Part shown: positions 17,487-25,535 of the stretch, in pieces
How positions within the stretch are numbered: the first letter of the stretch is position 1
Layout: each line of letters begins with the position of its first letter
Source: Candidatus Nitrospinota bacterium M3_3B_026
Lineage (GTDB): Bacteria; Nitrospinota_A; UBA7883; JBPRGF01
NCBI GenBank assembly: GCA_051418015.1
Contig: JBPRGF010000014.1
Coordinates: 1 to 64,000, forward strand
Reading direction: 5' to 3'
DNA length: 64,000 bases
Translations under genes and position numbers: made by a program
The notes under the pieces: model-generated
Database searches by the model: none
Seen by the model: only the letters and a program-made list of their open reading frames with translations
What the model was told of the DNA's origin: nothing

Positions 17487-18295
17487 GGCAGCCTCTCAGG
17501 GATGAGGGTGAGGCGCTTTTCGAGTATCTTTCGCCCCTCGGGGCTCTTCATGAACTCAAGGAACATCACGACCTCCCGCGGCGGGTTTTTGGGCACGAGA
17601 AGGCTGAGTTCCCGCGACAGGGGATAGCGGCCGGAGGCTATGTTCTCGCTGGTGGGATAGACCCCGTCCACCGCAAGAGCCTTGACAGTATGAGCCCCCA
17701 TCGAAAAGACCGAGGAGACGTGGCCTACGGACTTTGGATATTTGCCGACGTAGTTCAGGGTCTTGGCGATGGTGTCCACCACCAGCGTCGCCGGCGCCAG
17801 CAGCGCGGGGTCGCCCACCACCTCGCGTTTGAATATCTCATTCTTGTAGTCGCAGTGGTTGCGGAAAACGGGGGTTATCGGCCCCACGGGCCCTTCCACG
17901 CCGGACCAGTCCGTTATCCTGCCGTGGAAGATGTCCCGAGCCTGTTCAAGCGTCACGCTATCCACGGGGTTGGACGGATGGACTATTATAGTCATGGCGT
18001 CCATGGCGACGGGGACAACGGTGAACTCGGAGAGGGTCTCATCCACCAGGCAGCACATGCCGCCCATGTCGATCTTTCCGCTCCGCATACCCAGCGCCGC
18101 TTCCGAACATCCCCCGGCGGTGGGGAAGACTACCACGCCGTTGGCTTCACCGAACCGCTCCAGCAGCTCGTTCATCCCGCCCCAGAAAAGCGGCCTCGCC
18201 CCGGCGAAGCTCAGGCTGGCGGCGTGGACTGGCGGCGCGGCGGCGAGCAACGCCACAAGACATGCGGCAAGTGTCATGCGCGGGCTTTGCGGCAT
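17483..18295 (-). CDS. PstS-like periplasmic binding protein, Cys-substituted
   Basis: Signal peptide; VAMDAMTIIVHPSNPV, IFHGRITDWS, VDGVYPTSENIASGRYPLSR; overlaps the kinase start (ATGA). Confidence 0.85.
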   Translation of the reverse strand: MPQSPRMTLAACLVALLAAAPPVHAASLSFAGARPLFWGGMNELLERFGEANGVVVFPTAGGCSEAALGMRSGKIDMGGMCCLVDETLSEFTVVPVAMDAMTIIVHPSNPVDSVTLEQARDIFHGRITDWSGVEGPVGPITPVFRNHCDYKNEIFKREVVGDPALLAPATLVVDTIAKTLNYVGKYPKSVGHVSSVFSMGAHTVKALAVDGVYPTSENIASGRYPLSRELSLLVPKNPPREVVMFLEFMKSPEGRKILEKRLTLIPERLP

Positions 18296-18454
18296 GGTCC
18301 CGTGAACCCCCGTGATTTTTCCTCAAGGAGCTTTCATGTTACTCCTGCGCGTTCTTATCCTCAAGGAGAATTCGCGTTTTTGCGAAGGCTGCGCCTTGCC
18401 GTCGGGTGTTGGACGGGGCGCGGCCATCTACTTGCGAATGGCACGAAATGTTAC

Positions 18455-18483
18455 TTGACTTATTTCAGCGGGAGAGGTAAAAA
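18455..18483 (+). promoter_or_regulatory. Candidate sigma70 promoter
   Basis: TTGACT-N17-TAAAAA upstream of the 18552 ORF. Confidence 0.4.
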
Positions 18484-18551
18484 AACCCGTTGAGCGCCTC
18501 GGATAAACACCGTACTCCACCACCGAATTTATAGCTTCAAGGAGATGGTTC

Positions 18552-20081
18552 ATGAAAACGGGCGTTTTCTCTCTGTGTCTTTTAATCTCACTTTTTCTCT
18601 TCTCTTTTGTCGCCTCCTGCGGCGGCGGGGGAGGTGGCTCGTCCTCTGGCTCCGGCGGGGAGGCGGACTCCAAAAAGCTCTACTACGGCGGCACGGTGCA
18701 TGAAAACGGCAAGTTGGACGTGGCGCTTGCCACCGGGGACGTGTCCGAGGCCATCACCTTCGAGGGGCATGTGGACGGCGCCGGGAACATTGAGAGCATC
18801 GACGGCATCATCTACGCCAACAAGGAAGCCAACGGCACGCTGACCGTTTACTACGGAGCCGACTTGCGCCCAAGTTCGATGGTGGACTCGGTCTCCGGCG
18901 TGACATACGAGTTCGGCGAATATGCCGATGGGGTCGTGAACGTGACGGTGAAGGACGCCGGCGGGACAGTCATCGAGGAGAACCGCCAGGTGGAGATCGA
19001 CGCGGACGCGTTCAACTATTTCGCCGACCTGAAGGCGTCGGCGCGGTCGGGCCCGGCGTCCAACGCGCTGACGGCGGACGAAAAATACCAGATAGACGTC
19101 GCTGCCTCCGGCGCCGCCCTCGGTCTTGGCGCCGCGGGGTGTGCTGGAAGCGTTGTTTTGGCCAAGAAACCTGGTGTAATTGCATGGGCTTGCGGTAGTG
19201 CGGCCGTAACCGCTGTTTCAGCGGCTTGTACCGTCGCACAGGCGCAAAACGGCCTGTGCGATGCCATGACGCCCACAGGCAACACAGCTGTGTTTATTGA
19301 TTGCGCAAAAAGCGCTGGCGGCATGGAATGCGTCGCAAACGCCGCGCTCGCCATAGTTCCTGAGATAACAAAGGAAGACGACCAAAACGGCAACGGTTCA
19401 GATTCGGGAACTGACGAGACAACGCCAACGGACCCCGCCCCCGTCGATAGTTGCTATTCTTTGGAAATCGAGTATAGCGAGACGTTGGAAAGCTATCATG
19501 AAGATTGTTTTTGGACGTGGGACACAAAAGCTGACGGTTCGATGAGCTTCTCGGGGACCGTCCCATTGTCCTTTTTGATGGGAGATAGCGATTCTTACTC
19601 CTTCTGGCTTGACGGAGACATCACCGGGCCGGGAACTTATGATTATCAAGGCGAGGCGGCGAATCCGCGTAATGATATTTCCTGCGGCTCATGGACGATG
19701 ACCACGGATCCACCGCCCGGCCAAATAACAATGTCTGTTTATGCGGACGTTGTTGGAACGAGGGTCTCCTTTGAAAGTGAAGAGAGGGAATACGGAATCT
19801 CAACAAGGGTATCTCCAGACCCACACGGCGAATATAGGATGGTATGCACGTGCGACGACGGTACCGGATCGGGATTCGACACCTTTACCAGCCCGTTCGA
19901 TAGCGGCCTTAGCAATATCATGATGACGAACGCTTCCGAAGGAGGCGGGCTCCTAGCCGAGTATGACACGGGATTAAAGGTTGTTCCATTGGTTGTGGAA
20001 TCTTCCGATGGTACGACGGAGTACTATGGCACAAAAACATACCGATGGTACGTTGGATTGCGGAAGACTTGTGACAACTAA
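18552..20081 (+). CDS. Cys-rich putative lipoprotein, function unknown
   Basis: AAGGAG RBS, lipobox-like VASC followed by a Gly/Ser linker; acidic and Cys-rich. Confidence 0.8.
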   Translation: MKTGVFSLCLLISLFLFSFVASCGGGGGGSSSGSGGEADSKKLYYGGTVHENGKLDVALATGDVSEAITFEGHVDGAGNIESIDGIIYANKEANGTLTVYYGADLRPSSMVDSVSGVTYEFGEYADGVVNVTVKDAGGTVIEENRQVEIDADAFNYFADLKASARSGPASNALTADEKYQIDVAASGAALGLGAAGCAGSVVLAKKPGVIAWACGSAAVTAVSAACTVAQAQNGLCDAMTPTGNTAVFIDCAKSAGGMECVANAALAIVPEITKEDDQNGNGSDSGTDETTPTDPAPVDSCYSLEIEYSETLESYHEDCFWTWDTKADGSMSFSGTVPLSFLMGDSDSYSFWLDGDITGPGTYDYQGEAANPRNDISCGSWTMTTDPPPGQITMSVYADVVGTRVSFESEEREYGISTRVSPDPHGEYRMVCTCDDGTGSGFDTFTSPFDSGLSNIMMTNASEGGGLLAEYDTGLKVVPLVVESSDGTTEYYGTKTYRWYVGLRKTCDN

Positions 20082-20167
20082 ATCAAAAGCGTCGAAAGGG
20101 CGCCCATGAAGATGGTCATTCACGAAAAATGATCACTGAAGGCGCAGGTGAGCCTTGGCATTTTGCA

Positions 20168-20281
20168 GGGCCTTTCGCTGACGCTCAGGGCGGCGCGGGG
20201 TGAGAGATGGGTTGCGTCGTGTCGTCCTGAACAGAGCCGAAGCTCTGAACGAAGTGAAGGGGCGGCGGCGTGAAGGACCCC
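20168..20281. repeat. Degenerate palindromic (REP-like) intergenic element
   Basis: Left arm GGGCCTTTCGCTGACGCTCAGGGCGGCG pairs imperfectly (G-T wobbles) with TGTCGTCCTGAAC...GTGAAGGACCCC. Confidence 0.55.
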
Positions 20282-20353
20282 GCCTTTCCTCGCAAAGCCG
20301 CGGCGGCTGAGCGGGCGACGGATATCCACCACGACGACGAAAAGGAGAACGAT

Positions 20354-20914
20354 ATGACCAGGACGGAGACGATGACCGGACGAGACAGGACAACCGGCCT
20401 TGCGGCCTTACCCCTTGCGGTTCTCCTTGCCGCCTTCCTCGCCGCCTGCGGCTCATCGTCCAGCGATGACGGCGGGAGCGGAGGCGCGCGGGCTGACCTT
20501 ATGGGCAACTACATCCTGATAAAAAGCTCCACGCCCTATCAGGGGCGCAGCGCCGCGATGGTCTCCGGCGCGCCTGCGACATGCGACAGCGACGACGTCT
20601 ACTGCGTGGAGATAACCGAAAAGACCGGAGACTCAAGCTACCGGGGAAGCAGCAACCACGCGCAACACGTCTTCGCCTCGTGGGACGCGGACAAAGGGAT
20701 GTACGTTTTCGACATGGACATGTTCACGGGAACATCCAGCGGCCCGATGTTTCACTTCACCATAAACAGCGACGATACGCTGACCGGCTACGGCTGTTAC
20801 TCCGATTCCGGCGATAGCGACTGCTACGAGCTGGACCCGGTGTCCAAAAAATACCCGGGTGGCCAGTGGCCCACGGGTAGGGTCGTGGAACGTGACAACG
20901 AAAACAACCGCTGA
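20354..20914 (+). CDS. Putative lipoprotein, function unknown
   Basis: AAGGAG RBS, lipobox LAAC-GSSSS, paired Cys residues. Confidence 0.8.
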   Translation: MTRTETMTGRDRTTGLAALPLAVLLAAFLAACGSSSSDDGGSGGARADLMGNYILIKSSTPYQGRSAAMVSGAPATCDSDDVYCVEITEKTGDSSYRGSSNHAQHVFASWDADKGMYVFDMDMFTGTSSGPMFHFTINSDDTLTGYGCYSDSGDSDCYELDPVSKKYPGGQWPTGRVVERDNENNR

Positions 20915-21114
20915 CGGAAACGTGGTGGATATGTCTTCCCTGCGTTTACACTACACAATCGGCCAGAGTAAGCTCACGTACATATATGACAGCGTCCCAT
21001 GCCAGGGCGAGGCCAACTTGTCCGTTAGCGCAGACACCCTGGTGGCGACGGTGGCCCCTGTGTCATCAAGATGAATACGTGTATTAAAGAATAGCAGCGC
21101 GAATATCGCCGTTT
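20859..21114 (+). pseudogene. Probable remnant of a secreted beta-rich protein gene
   Basis: Protein-like frame (VGSWNVTTKTTADG...LTYIYDSVPCQGE) overlapping the previous gene end, no RBS, lower GC; may continue in another frame (GPCVIKMNTCIKE*). Confidence 0.35.
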
Positions 21115-21202
21115 CCTCTTTTGAGCTTGAGGCAATCGAGCCTCCCGGACAAGCCCCCAGCGGTGAGCAGGCCGAGGGGGTGGGTCCCGGTCCGGGGCGT
21201 TT

Positions 21203-21799
21203 TCAGCGTCCGGCGGTTCTCGTGTCCTCGAGTATCCAGTCCACGGCGTCCTTGATGCCGTCGGCGATATGGTCCGGCGCGGGCGCTTCTCCCTGTGTCA
21301 CCCTCTCTTCCTCGCGTCCCCCGAAGCCCGTCCGGACAAGGAGGGCGGCCCTGGCGCCCGTGGCGGGGCCGAGGGCGGTGTCGGTGAGCTTGTCGCCGAC
21401 TATGTAGGAGCCGCGAAGGTCTATCCCCAGCTCCCTGGCGGCCTTCAGGATCATGCCGGGTTTGGGCTTGCGGCAGGAGCATTCCACGGCGTAGGGCGCA
21501 ACGGAGCCTTCCGGGTGGTGCGGGCAATACTCTATCCTGTCTATCCGCGCCCCGGCCCTTTCGGCCCAGTCTCTCAGCAGGCCGTGGATTTCGTTCACGG
21601 TCCGCTCCGTCATGTAGCCCCGCGCCACGCCGGACTGGTTCGTGATGACGATGACGCTGAACCCGGCTCCGTTCAGCCTTTTTATGGCGGGCAGGGCGTC
21701 CGGGTAGAGCCTGAACCGGGCCGCGTCGCGGATGTGGTCGTCCTCCACGTTCACGACGCCGTCCCGGTCGAGGAACACGGCCCGTCTACCGTTTTTCAC
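21203..21799 (-). CDS. gmhB: D,D-heptose 1,7-bisphosphate phosphatase
   Basis: FLDRDGV, TNQSGVARG, CPHHP, CRKPKPGM, GDKLTD. Confidence 0.93.
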   Translation of the reverse strand: MKNGRRAVFLDRDGVVNVEDDHIRDAARFRLYPDALPAIKRLNGAGFSVIVITNQSGVARGYMTERTVNEIHGLLRDWAERAGARIDRIEYCPHHPEGSVAPYAVECSCRKPKPGMILKAARELGIDLRGSYIVGDKLTDTALGPATGARAALLVRTGFGGREEERVTQGEAPAPDHIADGIKDAVDWILEDTRTAGR

Positions 21800-22310
21800 C
21801 GGCGATCCTTCCGCCTATATAAGCCGCGCCCCACCCCAGGCCAAAGCCGAGAGCCCCGCCAGCCAGGACGTCGGAGGGGTAATGGACCCCCACCGCCACC
21901 CGCGACAGCATGACAAACCCCGCCGCGGGCAGGGTCAGCCACAACAGGGGACGGAACACCCCTCCCAGCGCGGCGGCGATGGCCATGGAGTTCACGGCGT
22001 GGTTCGATGGGAACGACAGCGACCCGCCGCACCCCACCAGCAGGTGGACCCCCTCCAGCGCGGCGCAGGGGCGCGCCCTGCCGAAAAGGGGTTTGAGGAC
22101 GTGGGTCGCCAGGGCATCCCCGATCACGAAGGCGAGCAGGGCCGATACGATGGCGACGGTCCCCCGCCGCCTGTCCACGGCCAGGAGAGCAAGACATAGC
22201 GCCGCGATAGGTATGTACCAGGTGGAAGGCTCGGTGATCTTCACCATCAGCCAGCCGGCGCCGGGGCCGGAAAGGGCGCCGTTCAACGCGCGGAAAAGCG
22301 CCTCGTCCAT
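21786..22310 (-). CDS. PAP2 family membrane phosphatase (LpxE/BcrC-like)
   Basis: KxxxxRxRP, SFPSNH, SRxxxGVHYPSD. Confidence 0.9.
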   Translation of the reverse strand: MDEALFRALNGALSGPGAGWLMVKITEPSTWYIPIAALCLALLAVDRRRGTVAIVSALLAFVIGDALATHVLKPLFGRARPCAALEGVHLLVGCGGSLSFPSNHAVNSMAIAAALGGVFRPLLWLTLPAAGFVMLSRVAVGVHYPSDVLAGGALGFGLGWGAAYIGGRIAGEKR

Positions 22311-22311
22311 G

Positions 22312-23463
22312 TTACGACAGCTTTTCTCCCGGCGAGGAGGCCCCCTGTCCGGGACTCTCTTCGTCTAGGGCGCTTTCCGCGGGGGCCTGGCCGCCGTTCA
22401 GCCGTTTTTCCAGGCCCTCCCACGCGGCGATGACCTCGGGTATGGTTATCTTCGTCATACATTCCATGCTCTCCGGGCAACGGCGCTTGTAGCAGGGAGA
22501 GCAGGGAACATCCGCCCGGACAGCCGCCGCGCCGGGGCCGTGTGGGCCCGTGCGGGCCGGGTTGGTGGGGCCGAACACGGCGACCACCGGCGCGCCCATG
22601 GCCACGGCCAGGTGCATGGGGCCGGAGTCGTTGGTGAAAACGGCCCTTGCGCCGCCGAGCGCCGCGGCCAGGCGGGAAAACCCGGCTTGTCCGGCGATGT
22701 TGACGGCTCCGAGCCCGGCGGCCCTGGCGACAGCCTGGCAGCGCCTCTCGTCCTCGGCCGCTCCCACTATCACGGATCTGAGGCCTCTTCGCTTCTCAAG
22801 CTCTTTCGCCAGGAGGCCAAACCGCTCCACCGGCCAGCGCTTGGTTTTCCAGCGGGTGTTGGGGTTCAAAACCACGTAAGGCTCGCTGGGGAGGTTCTCC
22901 CGCGCCCACGAGGCCGCCTCGGGAGGAATGGCGAGGTTGTAGCCCATGCCGCCGTTTTCCATCCCCAGCGCCGCCAAGGCGCCCATGTACCTGTCGATGG
23001 CGTGGGCCTCGGGGCCGGGGGATATTATCTTCCGGTTGTAGAAAACGGCCGCCCCCTCGCGCGCGTAGCCGAACCCGGCCTTCACCGGGGCGCGGGTCAG
23101 CCACGTTACGACCCCGGACCGCAAAAGCCCCTGCAGGTCGATAACAGCGTCGTACCGCTTCTCCCGTGTTTTCTGGATGAAAGCCAGCGCCTCCCCGGCG
23201 AACGTAGGTCTCCACCATTTTCCCCAGTCTCGCCGCCGGAACGGGATCAGATCGTCCACGTCCGGGCAGAGGCGGACAAGCTCCGTGTAGGCGTCGCTCA
23301 CGATCCAGTCCACCACCGCCCCCGGTATTCCACGCTTGATGGCCCGCGCCACGGGGAAGGCGTTTACTATGTCGCCCATGGCGGATATTTTCACTATCAG
23401 GAACCGGGGCCCGTCCTCCCTCCCGTCCGGGCCCGGCAGGTGGCCGTTGTTTTTCGTCTCCAT
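22312..23463 (-). CDS. GT9 LPS heptosyltransferase (WaaC/WaaF family)
   Basis: SAMGD, DLQGLLRS, TNDSGPMHLA, FGPT. Confidence 0.92.
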   Translation of the reverse strand: METKNNGHLPGPDGREDGPRFLIVKISAMGDIVNAFPVARAIKRGIPGAVVDWIVSDAYTELVRLCPDVDDLIPFRRRDWGKWWRPTFAGEALAFIQKTREKRYDAVIDLQGLLRSGVVTWLTRAPVKAGFGYAREGAAVFYNRKIISPGPEAHAIDRYMGALAALGMENGGMGYNLAIPPEAASWARENLPSEPYVVLNPNTRWKTKRWPVERFGLLAKELEKRRGLRSVIVGAAEDERRCQAVARAAGLGAVNIAGQAGFSRLAAALGGARAVFTNDSGPMHLAVAMGAPVVAVFGPTNPARTGPHGPGAAAVRADVPCSPCYKRRCPESMECMTKITIPEVIAAWEGLEKRLNGGQAPAESALDEESPGQGASSPGEKLS

Positions 23464-23556
23464 CAGGTAAATGTTAGCAGAAAAACCGCCCGAAGCGGCC
23501 TGAAAACCGGACTTTTGGCCTCTCGCGAGCCTTGGCTGCGGCCGCCTCCGGTCTTT

Positions 23557-23766
23557 TTACTTGAACAGCCTGAATATCACTGAAAGAACGATGGAAATCG
23601 CCACGCTCACCACGATCATCGTGGCGATGGGGAAATAGAAGGTGAAATTGTTTCTTTTGATTACGATGTCCCCCGGCAGGCGGCCGAGCCCGGACTTTTG
23701 GAGCAGAGGCCACAAAAGGCCGATGGCGACCAGCGAAAGCCCGATTATTACAAGTGTTCTTGACAT
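23557..23766 (-). CDS. DUF2905-like small membrane protein
   Basis: LGRLPGDI...FYFPIAT motif. Confidence 0.85.
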   Translation of the reverse strand: MSRTLVIIGLSLVAIGLLWPLLQKSGLGRLPGDIVIKRNNFTFYFPIATMIVVSVAISIVLSVIFRLFK

Positions 23767-23884
23767 ATCAAACCCCCAGTTCTCCTGGGGATCTTTTTAA
23801 CACAAAAACGCCGCGCCCGGGAATCCCGCCGCGCGCGGGCCGCGGCACATGCCGCGGGCTCCATGTTCGGGTTAAGATATCCCC

Positions 23885-24973
23885 ATGAGCGACAGGCCCA
23901 GCGGCAAATTCGAGAACGTGTTGTCATCGTTCACCGACGCGGTGATAATCCTCGACCCGGAAGGGAGGATAGAGTGGCTCAACGCCGCGGCGGAGCAGAC
24001 CCTCGGCGTTTCGCTGAACGTCGTGGCGGGGAGCGCCGCCTCCAGCATATTCCCCGAGGGAGGCCACATCCACGCCGCCGTCGCCCAGGCCGCGGCGGCG
24101 GGCAGACCGCTGACGGACCACGACACCCATATCGTGAACAGGAAAGGCGAGCGGATACCGGTGGGGCTTACCGTCCATCCCCTGGAGGACGAGGGAGGCG
24201 GGGGGATGGTGGTGATCCTTCGGGACCTCGGCGCTCTCAAGGCGCTGGAGCGTTACATGGCCGTGAGCGACCGGATGGAGGAGATGGCAAGGCTCGCCGC
24301 CGGGGTGGCCCACGAGATCAAAAACCCCCTGGGCGGCATCCGCGGCGCGGCGCAGCTTCTGAAAAGGGAGACGAAAAACCCCGCCGCCGCCGAGTTCACC
24401 GACCTCATCATAAGCGAGGTGGACAGGATAGACCGCCTCGTGGTGGACCTTATAGACCTGAACAGGCCCGGCGTCATCCTGAAGGAGCCCAACAACATCT
24501 ACCCCATCCTCGACGACGTCCTCCGGCTGCTCAAAGACGCCATCGACGGCAAAAACATAAGTGTGGCCAGGGAGTATGACCCCAGCATTCCCCCCGTCCT
24601 CGGCGACGCCGACAGGCTGCGCCAGGTTTTCCTGAACCTCGCGAAGAACGCCGTGGAGGCGATGGGAGACGGCGGGACGCTCACCCTGAGGACGTCGCTG
24701 GCCTGGCGCGCGCCTCTTTCGGCCAGGGAAGGCAGGGAGCGGCGGTTTGTCCTGATCGAGGTGACCGACGATGGGCCGGGGATGGACGAGAAGACGCTTT
24801 CCAGGGCGTTCACGCCGTTCCTCTCGCGCAAGCCCGGCGGCTCCGGGCTGGGGCTTGCGATGACCTTGCACATTGTCCAGGCCCATGACGGGGCGCTGGA
24901 GCTGGGACCCAGGGCGGACGGTGGACGGGGGCTGACCTCCTCGGTCTACCTGCCTTACAGCGTGGAAGGGTGA
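23885..24973 (+). CDS. ntrB: NtrB/GlnL-like PAS histidine kinase
   Basis: Soluble PAS-HisKA-HATPase with the NtrB H-box AHEIKNPLGGIRGAAQLL and YDPSIP. Confidence 0.75.
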   Translation: MSDRPSGKFENVLSSFTDAVIILDPEGRIEWLNAAAEQTLGVSLNVVAGSAASSIFPEGGHIHAAVAQAAAAGRPLTDHDTHIVNRKGERIPVGLTVHPLEDEGGGGMVVILRDLGALKALERYMAVSDRMEEMARLAAGVAHEIKNPLGGIRGAAQLLKRETKNPAAAEFTDLIISEVDRIDRLVVDLIDLNRPGVILKEPNNIYPILDDVLRLLKDAIDGKNISVAREYDPSIPPVLGDADRLRQVFLNLAKNAVEAMGDGGTLTLRTSLAWRAPLSAREGRERRFVLIEVTDDGPGMDEKTLSRAFTPFLSRKPGGSGLGLAMTLHIVQAHDGALELGPRADGGRGLTSSVYLPYSVEG

Positions 24974-24982
24974 GCCGCCCCG

Positions 24983-25513
24983 TCACCCCGCAAGGTTTTC
25001 CAGCGTCCTCGCGAAGATGTCGTAGGCGTCGTCGTTCCACAGGCAGAAGACGGCTTTCTTGAGGCTTTTCGGCTCGCCCGACTCGAAGTAGTCCAGGGCC
25101 GTCCTCAGCATGATGTCGGCCGCCCTCTCCATGGGGTAGCCGAATATGCCCGTGGAGACCGCCGGCAGAGCTATCGACTCAAGCCCCAGCTCGTCGGCCC
25201 GCCGCAGCGACTCCCGCGTGGCGCTGGCCAGCTTGGCGTCGCCGTCCTCCTCGCCCTTCTGTGGGCCCACGGTGTGGATCACGTATTTCGCCTTCAGGTC
25301 TCCGCCTTTCGTGGCGACCGCGTTTCCCACCTCGAGCCGGCCGATCCTGTCCATCTCGGCCTGGATGGTCGGCCCGCCCTTCATCCTGATGGCGCCGGAC
25401 ACACCGCCGCCGAGGACAAGGCCTGTGTTGGAGGGATTTACTATCGCATCGGTCTCCTGTTCAGTGATGTCGCCCCTGGTGAGGGTTATGGGGCTTTTGT
25501 CGGTGGCGCTCAT
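24983..25513 (-). CDS. Macro-domain protein (YmdB-like)
   Basis: GDIT, DAIVNPSN..L..GGGVSGAI, VIHTVGP, STGIFGYP. Confidence 0.93.
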   Translation of the reverse strand: MSATDKSPITLTRGDITEQETDAIVNPSNTGLVLGGGVSGAIRMKGGPTIQAEMDRIGRLEVGNAVATKGGDLKAKYVIHTVGPQKGEEDGDAKLASATRESLRRADELGLESIALPAVSTGIFGYPMERAADIMLRTALDYFESGEPKSLKKAVFCLWNDDAYDIFARTLENLAG

Positions 25514-25535
25514 CTTTCGTCTCCCCCATGAAGAG

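Noticed and set aside
18439..18454. TGGCACG as a functional sigma54 promoter
   Set aside because: No GC at the strict -12 spacing; kept only as a possible relic.
14032..21200. tRNA-Gln as the integration site of an island ending near 21.1 kb
   Set aside because: No duplicated tRNA 3' end and no integrase; the two-component genes have host-like composition.
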